A program made the position numbers and the translations under genes. Shown here piece after piece: positions 49,049 to 58,937 of a DNA stretch of 64,000 bases (positions are counted from its first letter, which is position 1; the number at the start of each line of letters is the position of its first letter). The DNA is from Armatimonadota bacterium (lineage in GTDB: Bacteria; Armatimonadota; UBA5829; DTLH01), in the NCBI GenBank assembly GCA_038207085.1, contig JBBRAE010000015.1:1-64000 (forward strand), in the 5' to 3' direction. The notes beneath the pieces are model-generated. The model saw only the letters and a program-made list of their open reading frames with translations. It was not told the origin of the DNA and did not search any database.

Positions 49049-49064
49049 CTTATAAGGAGGACTG

Positions 49065-51560
49065 TTGAAGTTGCGAACAGCAAAAAGGGCGCTCTACGGA
49101 CGCCTCACGATGATCTTCGGTCTCTGCGCGCTGATCTTGGCTGGGTTGCCGGCTGCAACTTGGGCAAATGAAGCTATCGAACTGCCTGAGTTCGGCACTC
49201 TGCCCATGATGAACACGGCGATCTGGATCGTCTTCGCCAGCGCTATCATCGGTCTACTCTTTGGCGCCAAGTGGTATTTCTCCATTATGAAGGAGAACCC
49301 CGGTTCCAAGGGTATGGTCGAGGTATCAAAAGCCGTTCAGGAAGGGGCATGGGCCTACCTGAAGAAGCAGATGAAGACGATGATTTGGTTCGTCGTCATC
49401 ATTATGGTTGGTCTTGTTTTTCTTTTCAAGGGCAACCCCGCTTACAATGTTGAGGGGACTGCGATGCCGCTTTATATCGGCGTCTCCATTGCCTTCTTCT
49501 TGGGAGTAGCTTCATCCTACCTCGCCGGCCTTATTGGTATGGTGATGGCGGTCAATGCAAACTGCCGCGTCGCTAATGCCGCGCTTTCGAGCTTCAAGAA
49601 GGCCCTGTACGTCGCGTTCCGTTCCGGAGCTGTCTCCGGTATGGCGACCGTTGGGCTTGGTCTGCTTGGCGCTTGTATCGTTTTCTTCCTCTTCGGCAAC
49701 CAGTCGATGAAGGTGCTTATCGGATTCGGTTTCGGTGGATGTCTTGCCGCCCTCTTCATGAGGATCGGTGGTGGTATCTTCACCAAGGCTGCTGACGTAG
49801 GCGCTGACCTCGTTGGTAAGGTCGAGCAGGGCATTCCTGAGGATGACCCACGAAACGCTGCTACAATCGCTGACAACGTCGGCGATAACGTCGGCGACTG
49901 CGCCGGTATGGCTGCGGACATCTTCGAGTCTTACGAGGTTACCCTCGTGGCTGCGATCATCCTCGGCGCGGCTGCTTCTACCGTTGTTGGTGGTGGCGCT
50001 GCGGTGCTTGCGCTTGTTGTCTACCCGCTGCTCATCAGAGCGGTCGGCGTATTCGCTTCTATTATCGGTATCTACAGCGTTGTCGGCTCCGACAATATGA
50101 ACATGGACCCGATGAGACCGATCAACAAGGGATTCTGGGTTTCCTCGATCCTTGCTGTTGCCGGATTCTTCGCGATCTCCAAGTTCGTCTTCACCGCTCA
50201 GCCGATCAACATCTTAGACGCTGCCGGCAACATTGTCGCAAACGTCGCTTGGTGGAAGTTCGCTGTTGCGAACCTTATGGGTATCGTTCTTGCGCTTTCA
50301 ATAGAGCACCTGACCGAGTACTTCACATCGACCGACAAGAAGCCGGTTATCGAGGCCGCTAAGGCCGCTAAGTCTGGGCCTGCCACTGTTATCCTTTCCG
50401 GTTTTGGCGCTGGTCTTGAGTCGGCCGTTTGGAGCGTTGTCGCGATCTGTGTTGCGATCCTCGCTTCCGTCCTTCTCTTCGCCGGTAGCCCGCAGCTTGC
50501 TGCTTACGGCGTGGCTCTTACCGGTCTTGGCCTTCTTGCCACCACAGGCTTTATGCTTGCGATGGACACCTACGGCCCGATCTCTGACAACGCAAACGGC
50601 GTCTTCGAGATGTCCGGCGCGTTGAAGGAGCCTGGTGTCAGCCCCAACGCTCACAAGATCGTTGCCAAGCTTGACGCTGTTGGTAACACCACCAAGGCGC
50701 TGACCAAGGGTTTGGCGATCGCCACCGCTGTTATCGCAGCGACTGCGCTCTTCAGCTCGTTCATGGCCGACGCTGGTCTTACAAGCATCAGCATCAACAA
50801 GACCAACGTCTTCATCGGTCTTCTGCTCGGTGGAGCAGTTCCCTTCCTCTTTAGCTCGTTCGCTATCAACGCGGTCAGCCGCGCGGCGTTTGAGCTTGTG
50901 GAGGAGGTTCGCCGCCAGTTCCGCGAGATCAAGGGGATCATGGAATACGATCCTCGCTCCGGCTCTGACTACGGCAAGCCTGAGTATCAGAAGTGCGTTG
51001 AGATCTCGACTGCCGCTGCGCAGAAGGAGCTCCTTAGCCCGGCGATCCTCGCCGTGTCTGCTCCTATTTTCATCGCCTTTGCTCTTGGTCTTGAGTCGCT
51101 CGGTGGATTCCTCGGCGGCGTTATCCTTTCCGGTCAGTTGATGGCAGTTATGCTTTCCAACTCGGGCGGACTTTGGGACAACGCTAAGAAGAAGGTCGAG
51201 GACGGCATGTTCGGTGGCAAGGGCACCGAGGAGCATAAGGCTACTGTCGTCGGCGACACCGTTGGTGACCCGTTCAAGGACACCGCTGGTCCTGCTCTGA
51301 ACCCGCTGATCAAGGTTATGAACCTGGTTGCGGTTCTGATCGTTCCGGTTATGGTTGGGTTCGAAGGCGGCAAGATGGTCGAGAAGATCAAGCCGCTCTA
51401 CGAGCAGGTCAACGCGACTGCTCTTATTGTTACGCTTGTCACGCTTACAGCTCTTGTCATTGCTACGCTCTGGAGCAAGAGAGGCTCGCTCAACGTCGAC
51501 ACCAGCGCTCCCAGCAGTTCTCTCGACGTAGAGACCGAGAAGGAGACTGTAACGGTCTAA
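49065..51560 (+). CDS. hppA: Membrane-integral pyrophosphatase, K+-independent type
   Basis: GGIFTKAADVGADLVGKVE, DNVGDNVGD, GNTTKA, GDTVGDPFKD; TTG start after AAGGAGG. Confidence 0.97.
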   Translation: MKLRTAKRALYGRLTMIFGLCALILAGLPAATWANEAIELPEFGTLPMMNTAIWIVFASAIIGLLFGAKWYFSIMKENPGSKGMVEVSKAVQEGAWAYLKKQMKTMIWFVVIIMVGLVFLFKGNPAYNVEGTAMPLYIGVSIAFFLGVASSYLAGLIGMVMAVNANCRVANAALSSFKKALYVAFRSGAVSGMATVGLGLLGACIVFFLFGNQSMKVLIGFGFGGCLAALFMRIGGGIFTKAADVGADLVGKVEQGIPEDDPRNAATIADNVGDNVGDCAGMAADIFESYEVTLVAAIILGAAASTVVGGGAAVLALVVYPLLIRAVGVFASIIGIYSVVGSDNMNMDPMRPINKGFWVSSILAVAGFFAISKFVFTAQPINILDAAGNIVANVAWWKFAVANLMGIVLALSIEHLTEYFTSTDKKPVIEAAKAAKSGPATVILSGFGAGLESAVWSVVAICVAILASVLLFAGSPQLAAYGVALTGLGLLATTGFMLAMDTYGPISDNANGVFEMSGALKEPGVSPNAHKIVAKLDAVGNTTKALTKGLAIATAVIAATALFSSFMADAGLTSISINKTNVFIGLLLGGAVPFLFSSFAINAVSRAAFELVEEVRRQFREIKGIMEYDPRSGSDYGKPEYQKCVEISTAAAQKELLSPAILAVSAPIFIAFALGLESLGGFLGGVILSGQLMAVMLSNSGGLWDNAKKKVEDGMFGGKGTEEHKATVVGDTVGDPFKDTAGPALNPLIKVMNLVAVLIVPVMVGFEGGKMVEKIKPLYEQVNATALIVTLVTLTALVIATLWSKRGSLNVDTSAPSSSLDVETEKETVTV

Positions 51561-51588
51561 CCAGATCGTTGCTTGAAAAGAAACACTC

Positions 51589-51623
51589 ACGGGGCGGAGC
51601 TTACGGGTTCTGCCCCGTTTCTA
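51589..51623 (+). terminator. Intrinsic terminator after hppA
   Basis: ACGGGGCGGAGC/GTTCTGCCCCGT stem followed by TTCT. Confidence 0.8.
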
Positions 51624-51634
51624 TGTACGGCTTG

Positions 51635-51663
51635 TTGACATAGCCGCCGCCTGTCGCTAGTAT
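51635..51663 (+). promoter_or_regulatory. Sigma70 promoter for the mscS-like gene
   Basis: TTGACA-N17-TAGTAT. Confidence 0.6.
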
Positions 51664-51692
51664 ATCGATGGGCTTGTATTGCCACGGAGGAC

Positions 51693-52526
51693 TTGATGAG
51701 AAGCATATTTACGACGGATTTTTGGATCGACTTCATTCAGCAAAAGGGCGCAAAAGCGCTCGACGCCGGGTTGCAGACGCTTTTCATCGTTGTTCTGTTT
51801 CTTGTGGCCCGTTATGTAGTCTTTCGCCTGATCACCCGTGCGATGGAAATGTTCGTGGCCCGTGGCGAGGCGCTTGGACGCATTGCGTCAATGAGTCGTG
51901 CGAGAACGCTTGGCGGGCTCTTGAAGAGCATCTCGAACTACGTGCTGATGTTCATCGCCGTGTTTATGGTCATGCGCGCATTTGGAGTCGATCTCTTGCC
52001 GATTCTCACCGCCGCAAGCGTAGTAGGGTTGGCTGTCGGCTTCGGGGCGCAGAAGCTCGTGAAGGACGTGATTTCAGGCTTCTTTATTCTGCTTGAGAAC
52101 CAGTATTCGGTCGGCGAATATGTTACGATCGGGGCATCCAGCGGCGTCGTCGATGACCTTGAGATGAGAACGACCCGTATCAGAGACGACGCCGGAAGGC
52201 TCACGATCATCTCAAACGGCGACATAACTACCGTGATTAATCACTCCCGCGGACCCCTTATTATCAGCCTTGAGGTGGGGGTCGCACAGGGCACTGATCT
52301 TGAGCAGGCCTGCGCCACTTTGCGCGACCTTGGGGTCAGATACTCGGAAGGGCGATGTGGTGTGCTCGGCCCGTTCACCTGCGACGGTGTCGCTGCGATG
52401 GACGCGACCAAAGTGACGCTTAGGCTTGTAGGTCGCGTCGATCCCCTGTTGCAGCAGGAGGTGCTGCTCGATCTGCGCAAACGCGTGAGGGATGCGCTTA
52501 TGGAAAATGGCATACAAATCGCCTGA
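51693..52526 (+). CDS. Small-conductance mechanosensitive channel (MscS/YbiO-like)
   Basis: GLAVGFGAQKLVKDVISGFFILLENQY. Confidence 0.92.
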   Translation: MMRSIFTTDFWIDFIQQKGAKALDAGLQTLFIVVLFLVARYVVFRLITRAMEMFVARGEALGRIASMSRARTLGGLLKSISNYVLMFIAVFMVMRAFGVDLLPILTAASVVGLAVGFGAQKLVKDVISGFFILLENQYSVGEYVTIGASSGVVDDLEMRTTRIRDDAGRLTIISNGDITTVINHSRGPLIISLEVGVAQGTDLEQACATLRDLGVRYSEGRCGVLGPFTCDGVAAMDATKVTLRLVGRVDPLLQQEVLLDLRKRVRDALMENGIQIA

Positions 52527-52558
52527 TGCTGCTGCTCAGTTATTATCATTGCTGCCGT

Positions 52559-52646
52559 AGTGGGTCACTTGGCATGAAATCAGCCATTGTGGGGTGGCGA
52601 TTTCCGAATCGCCACCCCAAAGCTAAGACGGGATTTCCGAATCCCG
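52559..52646. repeat. ~72-bp REP-like repeat, copy B, with an extra sister hairpin
   Basis: Matches 45590-45662; followed by CGGGATT-TCCG-AATCCCG. Confidence 0.88.
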
Positions 52647-52743
52647 AATGGCGTAATGCATGGCAATTGAGCCAGTAGAACAGGGCAGACGTGACACGGG
52701 CCGGAGAGTGTGTTAGTCCCCGGCCCGCAATATGTGTAGATGA

Positions 52744-53304
52744 CTAGCGATCGATCGCAAAAAGCGTCTCGCCGTCCTCGATGCTAACAATCTTCACTTC
52801 GTGCTCGGTGACGAGGGCAACGCTTCCCAGTTTAACGCCGTCGCGCTCGAACTTGGGGAGCGACGGGCTGCCTGGGTTAAGAAAGATTATCCCGTCACGG
52901 CGCTCAAGCACCGGGATATGGGTGTGGCCGGTGACGAAGATATCGGCTTTGAACTTCTTACCAAGCGCGACCATAGCCTCATCGTTGTAGATATGCCCGT
53001 GGTGGACCATGATCCTCGTGCCTTCGATCTCAGCGAAGGCATATGGGCTCTGCACCGGGATATTGAGAAGCTCCTCATAGACCGGCGCGTCGCAGTTGCC
53101 TTGTGCGATAATGATCGGCGTCTCAGTTGTGTTCAGCGCCTCGGCGAGCGCGGGGATATCGTAGCCCTCGGTGTAGCCGAGTCTCGGAGGGTGGTAGAGG
53201 ACGTCGCCGGCGTGGACGATCGCATCCACGCCGACAAATATCTTCTCAGCCTTCTTCCACGCGTCTATTCTTCCGTGTGTGTCGCTGATAATCCCGATCT
53301 TCAT
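52744..53304 (-). CDS. YfcE-family metallophosphoesterase
   Basis: ISDTHG, HAGDV, GNCD, HGH, GHTH, NPGS. Confidence 0.92.
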   Translation of the reverse strand: MKIGIISDTHGRIDAWKKAEKIFVGVDAIVHAGDVLYHPPRLGYTEGYDIPALAEALNTTETPIIIAQGNCDAPVYEELLNIPVQSPYAFAEIEGTRIMVHHGHIYNDEAMVALGKKFKADIFVTGHTHIPVLERRDGIIFLNPGSPSLPKFERDGVKLGSVALVTEHEVKIVSIEDGETLFAIDR

Positions 53305-54470
53305 GGGTTAGCCGCCGCAGGCATTTCGTCCAGCCTGAGTGAAACCTTTACGGTCTGGTTGGTCCTTGCATGCCACACTGTGAGGTCGACAATCTGGCCC
53401 ACTTTCGCCATCTTGACGAACTCGGAGATGACTGACGAACTCGTGACCTTCTTGCCGTTGATCTGAGTGATCACGTCGAGCGGCATAAGCCCTGCGCGAT
53501 CGGCTGGGCTGTTTGGAACCACTTCCCGGATAAGCGCACCGTCGACCTTGGGCAGGTTGACCTGGCCGTTTGCGCCAAGTTCTCGGCGGACATCATCGTT
53601 CACCTGCAGATACATAATCCCGATCCACGGACGGACAACTTTGCCTTTGGAGATCAGTTCGTTGGCGATCTTCATTGCAGTGTTGCTGGGAATGGCAAAT
53701 CCGATGCCTATGCTTCCGCCGCCGGGCCCCGCAGAGGCGATCGCCGTGTTGATACCGACAAGCCTCCCTGATAGGTCAGAAAGCGCGCCGCCGCTGTTTC
53801 CCCGGTTGATCGAGGCATCGGTCTGGATCGCCTTTTCGAGCACTGTGCCTTCAATCTGAAGGTTTTCGCGTACAGTTGCGCTGACTACACCTACAGTGAC
53901 CGTTGTTCCCAGCCCAAGCGGGTTGCCGACTGCGATTACCCAGTCACCGACTTCGAGCCTGTCGGAGTTGGCCGGAGCCGCCGCAGCAAGCCCGGTGGCG
54001 TCGATCTTGATAACTGCGAGATCGGTCTTCGGGTCGCGACCGACAAGGCGCGCAGGGTAAGACTTCTCTTTGCCGTCCTTGTTGTGAAGTCGCACCGTGA
54101 CTTTGTTAGCGTCGGCGACTACGTGATTGTTTGTGAGAATATATCCGTCGGGGCGAATGATGACCCCCGACGCCTGCCCCTTCGGCACAACTTCCTGCGG
54201 CTCACCGAAGCTAAAGAGCCCGCCGAAGCCGCCGGACACCTGTGGCCGCCCAACTGTGTCTATGTTTACGACGTATTGTTCGGCAATTGCAGCAGCGAGG
54301 GCAACCGGGTTCTTGTCGCCCGCAGCAATCGGAGATAACGAGGACGGCGCAGGCGAAGACGCGATGCCGCCCATAGTCGGCGAACCGTACTGCGTCTTTA
54401 GTATCAGGGCGCAGGCGGCGAATCCGAGCACAAACACCAGAACATATGCGATTAGTTTTTTCAAGTCCAT
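53301..54470 (-). CDS. HtrA/DegP-like serine protease with PDZ domain
   Basis: TNNHVV, DLAVIK, INRGNSGG, PDZ. Confidence 0.95.
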   Translation of the reverse strand: MDLKKLIAYVLVFVLGFAACALILKTQYGSPTMGGIASSPAPSSLSPIAAGDKNPVALAAAIAEQYVVNIDTVGRPQVSGGFGGLFSFGEPQEVVPKGQASGVIIRPDGYILTNNHVVADANKVTVRLHNKDGKEKSYPARLVGRDPKTDLAVIKIDATGLAAAAPANSDRLEVGDWVIAVGNPLGLGTTVTVGVVSATVRENLQIEGTVLEKAIQTDASINRGNSGGALSDLSGRLVGINTAIASAGPGGGSIGIGFAIPSNTAMKIANELISKGKVVRPWIGIMYLQVNDDVRRELGANGQVNLPKVDGALIREVVPNSPADRAGLMPLDVITQINGKKVTSSSVISEFVKMAKVGQIVDLTVWHARTNQTVKVSLRLDEMPAAANP

Positions 54471-54485
54471 GTCCCCCTGGAGTCT

Positions 54486-54956
54486 TTACTTCATTGCTCT
54501 CAGCAGGTTTGCCATCTCGATGGCGGCTTCTGCGGCGTCGGCTCCCTTGTTGCCTGACTTAGTGCCAGCGCGCTCGATTGCCTGCTCGATATTCTCTGTC
54601 GTGATCACACCAAATATCGTTGGAACGCCGGTCGACATACCGACCTGAGCGATACCCTTGGCTGCCTCAGCGGCGATATAGTCGAAGTGAGGGGTCGAGC
54701 CCCGAATCAGTGTCCCCAGGCAGATCACTGCGTCGTATTTGCCACTCTTTGCCATGACGTTTGCAGCCATAGGCACTTCAAACGACCCCGGCACGCGCGC
54801 GATTTCGATACTTTCTTCGTCGGCTCCATGTCGGATAAGCGCGTCCATCGCCCCATCGAGCAGTTTGTTCGTGATAAAGTCGTTGAACCTGCCTACGACG
54901 ATCCCAAACTTCAGACCCTCCGCGAGCAGCTTTCCTTCGTATGTTTTCGGCATCAA
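54486..54956 (-). CDS. ribH: 6,7-dimethyl-8-ribityllumazine synthase
   Basis: [29 protein letters not shown]. Confidence 0.97.
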   Translation of the reverse strand: MMPKTYEGKLLAEGLKFGIVVGRFNDFITNKLLDGAMDALIRHGADEESIEIARVPGSFEVPMAANVMAKSGKYDAVICLGTLIRGSTPHFDYIAAEAAKGIAQVGMSTGVPTIFGVITTENIEQAIERAGTKSGNKGADAAEAAIEMANLLRAMK

Positions 54957-54964
54957 AAACCTCC

Positions 54965-56173
54965 CTACAGATCGTGTCCCATTCGTTCTTTTTTAGTCTT
55001 CAAATATTTCTTGTTAGCGGCGTTAGGTATGCAGACCAGTGGCACGCGTTCGGCGATTTCAAGATCGTAGCCTCGAAGCGCAGCATACTTGGCCGGGTTA
55101 TTGGTCATAAGCCTGATCTTTTTCAGGCCGAGATCAACCAGAATCTGCGCGCCGATGGAGTAATCCCGCATATCAGGCGGGAAGCCCAGCATCTCGTTTG
55201 CCTCGACGGTGTCCGCGCCGTGGTCCTGCAGCGAATAGGCCTTGAGCTTGTTCACAAGCCCGATTCCACGCCCCTCGTGATGATAGATATATAGCAGCAC
55301 TCCCTTGCCTTCTTTGGCGATGGTCTGCATAGCGACATCGAGCTGTTCGCCGCAGTCGCACCGAAGCGACCCGAGCACGTCGCCGGTGAGGCACCCGGAG
55401 TGGATGCGCACAAGCGTAGGCTCGCCGTCTGAGACATCACCCATCACAAGGGCGATGTAGGGGTTGGCGTCGACCGTGGTCTCATAGCCGTGCGCGACAA
55501 ACTCGCCCCACTTGGTCGGGATAGGCGTCTCGACTATCTGATGGACAAGCTTTTCGTTGACTCGTCGGTAACGAATAAGGTCCGCGACCGTGGCCAGCTT
55601 GAGATCGAACTTCTTGGCAAGCTCCCAGAGCTCAGGAACAAGCGCCATACTGCCGTCGCCGCTCATGATCTCGCAGCAGACGCCTACAGGCGCCATTCCT
55701 GCAATACGCATAAGGTCGATAACCGCCTCAGTGTGCCCGGCGCGCACTAGAACCCCGCCGTTCTCGGCTCTGAGTGGGAAAACGTGCCCTGGACGCAGCA
55801 GGTCCTTGGGTTTGGTCTTGGGGTCGGCCAGCGTGCGGATGGTGATTGCTCTGTCGCTTGCAGAGATACCTGTGGTAGTCCCACGGGCAGCCTCCACGCT
55901 CACTGTAAACGCCGTTCCGCGGACGGAAGTGTTATCGTCGGCCATAAGAGCGAGGTCGAGAGCGTCGGCGCGGCCCTGGGTCATAGGTGCGCAAATGAGC
56001 CCCCGACCGTGGATCGCCATAAAGTTGACGGCCTCGGGCGTGATCGTTTCAGCGGCCATAATAAAGTCGCCTTCGTTTTCGCGGTCCTCGTCATCTACGA
56101 CGATCACCATTTTTCCGGCCTTTAAGTCTTCGAGCACCTCTGGAACTGTGCTGAAGATCGGTTTATCCACCAA
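54965..56173 (-). CDS. ribBA: Bifunctional DHBP synthase / GTP cyclohydrolase II
   Basis: [38 protein letters not shown]. Confidence 0.97.
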   Translation of the reverse strand: MVDKPIFSTVPEVLEDLKAGKMVIVVDDEDRENEGDFIMAAETITPEAVNFMAIHGRGLICAPMTQGRADALDLALMADDNTSVRGTAFTVSVEAARGTTTGISASDRAITIRTLADPKTKPKDLLRPGHVFPLRAENGGVLVRAGHTEAVIDLMRIAGMAPVGVCCEIMSGDGSMALVPELWELAKKFDLKLATVADLIRYRRVNEKLVHQIVETPIPTKWGEFVAHGYETTVDANPYIALVMGDVSDGEPTLVRIHSGCLTGDVLGSLRCDCGEQLDVAMQTIAKEGKGVLLYIYHHEGRGIGLVNKLKAYSLQDHGADTVEANEMLGFPPDMRDYSIGAQILVDLGLKKIRLMTNNPAKYAALRGYDLEIAERVPLVCIPNAANKKYLKTKKERMGHDL

Positions 56174-56177
56174 GGGT

Positions 56178-56822
56178 TTACTCCTCTATCCAACCCGCGT
56201 CCGCAAGAAGCTGCTCGGTGACACCCTTGCCACCAGAACGCGCGGTAACAAACTTTTCAACATACTTGCCGATGATGTCGGCTTCAAGGTTAACAATATC
56301 TCCCGGTCTCTTGGATACAAGATTCGTGCTCGCGATTGTGTGCGGGATAAGCGCGATCTCGAACGTATCGCCATAAACTCTTGCAACGGTCAGGCTGATG
56401 CCATCAATCGCAATCGAGCCCTTCGAAACGATATAGCGAATGACGTCTTCGTGCGCACTGATAGCAAGCGTTGCTGCGCCGGGCCGCTGATCGAACCTGG
56501 TAATCGTTCCCGGCCCATCGACGTGCCCGAGAACAAAGTGCCCCCCGAATAGACGATTCGGGGACATCGCTCGCTCCAGGTTCACTGGGTCACCCGGTCT
56601 AAGCCGTCCAAGACTCGTCTTTGAAAGTGTCTCTTCTACTGCGTCAAAGCTTAGTTCGCTTCCGTTCATCGTGGTGATGGTGAGGCAGACGCCGTTGATC
56701 GAGATACTGTCGCCGATCGCCGCGCCCTGTGAGACTACTGGGGCGTCGATACGTATCTGCGCGCCCGCACCGCGAGCAAGCATCCTTATCGTTCCTACCT
56801 CTTCAACTAGCCCCGTAAACAT
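56178..56822 (-). CDS. ribE: Riboflavin synthase alpha chain
   Basis: MFTGLVEE, NGVCLT, GGHFVLGHVD, DGISLT. Confidence 0.97.
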   Translation of the reverse strand: MFTGLVEEVGTIRMLARGAGAQIRIDAPVVSQGAAIGDSISINGVCLTITTMNGSELSFDAVEETLSKTSLGRLRPGDPVNLERAMSPNRLFGGHFVLGHVDGPGTITRFDQRPGAATLAISAHEDVIRYIVSKGSIAIDGISLTVARVYGDTFEIALIPHTIASTNLVSKRPGDIVNLEADIIGKYVEKFVTARSGGKGVTEQLLADAGWIEE

Positions 56823-57874
56823 GGATATGCCTCAATCATAATGTCGCAGCCGATATTCCTGACTTTTAGCCGCTCTAGCGCGAAAGCCTCGGCCATCATC
56901 GCGACGCCGAGCCCTTCGACTGGCGTGCGAGCTTCAGCCCCACCTATTATCTTCGGCGCGATGAACACAATTACCTTGTCGACAACGCCAGAAGATAGCG
57001 CGCTTGCCGCGATCCTGCCGCCTCCCTCAAGGAGAATGCTCGTAACGCCAGTTTCGCCAAGCGCCCTCATAAGCGAGGGCAGACTGACCCGGCCCGCATC
57101 TTCTTCTATGATTAATATACGCGCTCCCGCCTGCTTGAGTTTCACGATTCTATCCTCAGGCGCAGACTGCGTGGTTGCGATGATCGTCTCGCCCGGAAGT
57201 GAGAACATTTTTGCGTCGGCAGGCGCAAGCGCTTTGCTGTCGACGACGAGCCGGGTGGGGTAGCTGACGCGCCCCTGTCTCGCCGAGAGCTCTGGGTCGT
57301 CGGCAAGCAGCGTTCCAACGCCTACCATAACCGCGTCGACTCGGCTCCTCACACCGTGGACGATTCTTCGAGACTTGTCGCAGCTTATCCACTTGGAGTC
57401 ACCAGTTCGGGTCGCGATCTTGCCGTCAAGAGTCATCGCAAACTTGAGCGTAACAAACGGCAAACGCGTGGTAGTGTGCTTGATAAACACTTCATTCAGC
57501 TTTCGCGCCTGGTCTTCGAGTATGCCGACGCCGGTTGTGACCCCGGCTGTCTGAAGCTCGGCAAGCCCTTTTCCAGATACAGCAGGGTTCGGGTCGACCA
57601 TCGCCGCTTCAACATGGGAGATCCCGGCAGCAATGACAGCCTGGGTGCAGGGTGGGGTGCGGCCGAAGTGGCAGCAGGGCTCAAGCGTCACGTACATAAC
57701 AGCGCCGCGCGCCTTGTCTCCGGCGGCTTTGATCGCTTCGACCTCAGCGTGCGGCATACCTGCGCGCCTGTGATAACCCTCGCCTACGATTTCTCCGTCC
57801 CGCACGATAACCGCGCCAACCATCGGGTTTGGGCTCGTCCTGCCTCGTCGCGCCAGGGCAAGCGCCCTTCGCAT
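56807..57874 (-). CDS. ribD: Riboflavin biosynthesis deaminase/reductase
   Basis: PNPMVG, HAE, LEPCCHFGRTPPC, LEGGG. Confidence 0.97.
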   Translation of the reverse strand: MRRALALARRGRTSPNPMVGAVIVRDGEIVGEGYHRRAGMPHAEVEAIKAAGDKARGAVMYVTLEPCCHFGRTPPCTQAVIAAGISHVEAAMVDPNPAVSGKGLAELQTAGVTTGVGILEDQARKLNEVFIKHTTTRLPFVTLKFAMTLDGKIATRTGDSKWISCDKSRRIVHGVRSRVDAVMVGVGTLLADDPELSARQGRVSYPTRLVVDSKALAPADAKMFSLPGETIIATTQSAPEDRIVKLKQAGARILIIEEDAGRVSLPSLMRALGETGVTSILLEGGGRIAASALSSGVVDKVIVFIAPKIIGGAEARTPVEGLGVAMMAEAFALERLKVRNIGCDIMIEAYPCLRG

Positions 57875-57888
57875 GTAATCCTTGGCCT

Positions 57889-58242
57889 CTATTCTTCTTG
57901 CCTTTCCTCACCAAATGCGCCGTGAAACGCTTCGCGTCGGCTTTCCCGATAGTTCACGAGCCCTGCGCGCACGTCGAGCAGTGCAACAAATATCAGGAGG
58001 AACGAAAGCATCGTCGTCGCTCCCCAGTAGCCGATCTCGAAGTAGGGGTTAGTCCGCGCGTGAACTACCGGCCCGACGATGACAAGCGCGAGGATGACGT
58101 CCATCATCCCTGCCGCGAGCACACGATAGAGCTTCTGGCGTCTGGTCACCATCCGGGTTCCGTGTGTCCACGCGCGCGCTTCAAAGATGATAGCGGCAGT
58201 GACGACGACAATAGCTGCGCCTGCGAGGATCTGAGCAGTCAC
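57889..58242 (-). CDS. Hypothetical membrane protein (about 3 TM)
   Basis: Fills the gap between rpe and ribD; hydrophobic segments; SD present. Confidence 0.7.
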   Translation of the reverse strand: MTAQILAGAAIVVVTAAIIFEARAWTHGTRMVTRRQKLYRVLAAGMMDVILALVIVGPVVHARTNPYFEIGYWGATTMLSFLLIFVALLDVRAGLVNYRESRREAFHGAFGEERQEE

Positions 58243-58248
58243 GGCAAG

Positions 58249-58920
58249 CTATCCTTTCGCGCCGAGCGCACTTGCTTCAAGCTCGCGAAACGCGTCAGCC
58301 GGTGGCACTGCGTTGTTGTAAACAGAGCTTCCCGCAACCAGAAGGTTTGCGCCTGCCTCGACCACCCTGCGGGCGGTTTTGGTGTCGATGCCGCCGTCAA
58401 CAGCGATATCGATCTTGCGCCCGGTGCGGTCCGCCATCTTTCTGGCCTCGGTGATCTTCGGAAGCATAGCATCGATAAACTGCTGACCGCCGAATCCGGG
58501 ATTCACAGTCATCACGAGTATGAGATCAACATCGTCCATGATATACTCAATCGTCGAAAGGGGTGTGGCGGGGTTCAGGGCAACGCCTGACCTCTTGCCA
58601 GTTGCGTTGATCTGCTGGACAACCCTGTGTAGATGCGAAGAAGCCTCAACGTGCACGGTGATCGAGTCCGCCCCGGCATTTGCGACCAGTTCGATGTATT
58701 GCTCGGGGTGGTAGATCATCAGGTGGACGACGAACTCCATATCCGTGAACGGTCGCAGGGCGCTGACGACCATCGGCCCGAAGGAGATGTTCGGGACGAA
58801 GTGCCCGTCCATCACGTCGAAGTGCAGATACTTCGCGCCGCAAGTTTCCACCTCACGCACAGATTTGGTGAGGTCAGCAAAGTCCGCCGACAGAAGCGAC
58901 GGCGCAAGTTTGAGCTCCAT
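58249..58920 (-). CDS. rpe: Ribulose-phosphate 3-epimerase
   Basis: APSLLSADF, HFDVMDGHFVPN, MTVNPGFGGQ, VDGG. Confidence 0.97.
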   Translation of the reverse strand: MELKLAPSLLSADFADLTKSVREVETCGAKYLHFDVMDGHFVPNISFGPMVVSALRPFTDMEFVVHLMIYHPEQYIELVANAGADSITVHVEASSHLHRVVQQINATGKRSGVALNPATPLSTIEYIMDDVDLILVMTVNPGFGGQQFIDAMLPKITEARKMADRTGRKIDIAVDGGIDTKTARRVVEAGANLLVAGSSVYNNAVPPADAFRELEASALGAKG

Positions 58921-58937
58921 AGCTAGACTATTATTCC

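Noticed and set aside
6307..51590. Long antisense ORFs such as 6307-7653, 8555-9850 and 50298-51590
   Set aside because: They are shadows of well-supported genes on the opposite strand, expected from codon bias in GC-rich DNA
27047..52646. Palindromic repeats as a CRISPR array
   Set aside because: Copies are dispersed over kilobases, have no spacer periodicity and there are no cas genes
57875..58250. FMN riboswitch upstream of the rib genes
   Set aside because: ribD directly follows a coding gene; no room and no RFN consensus
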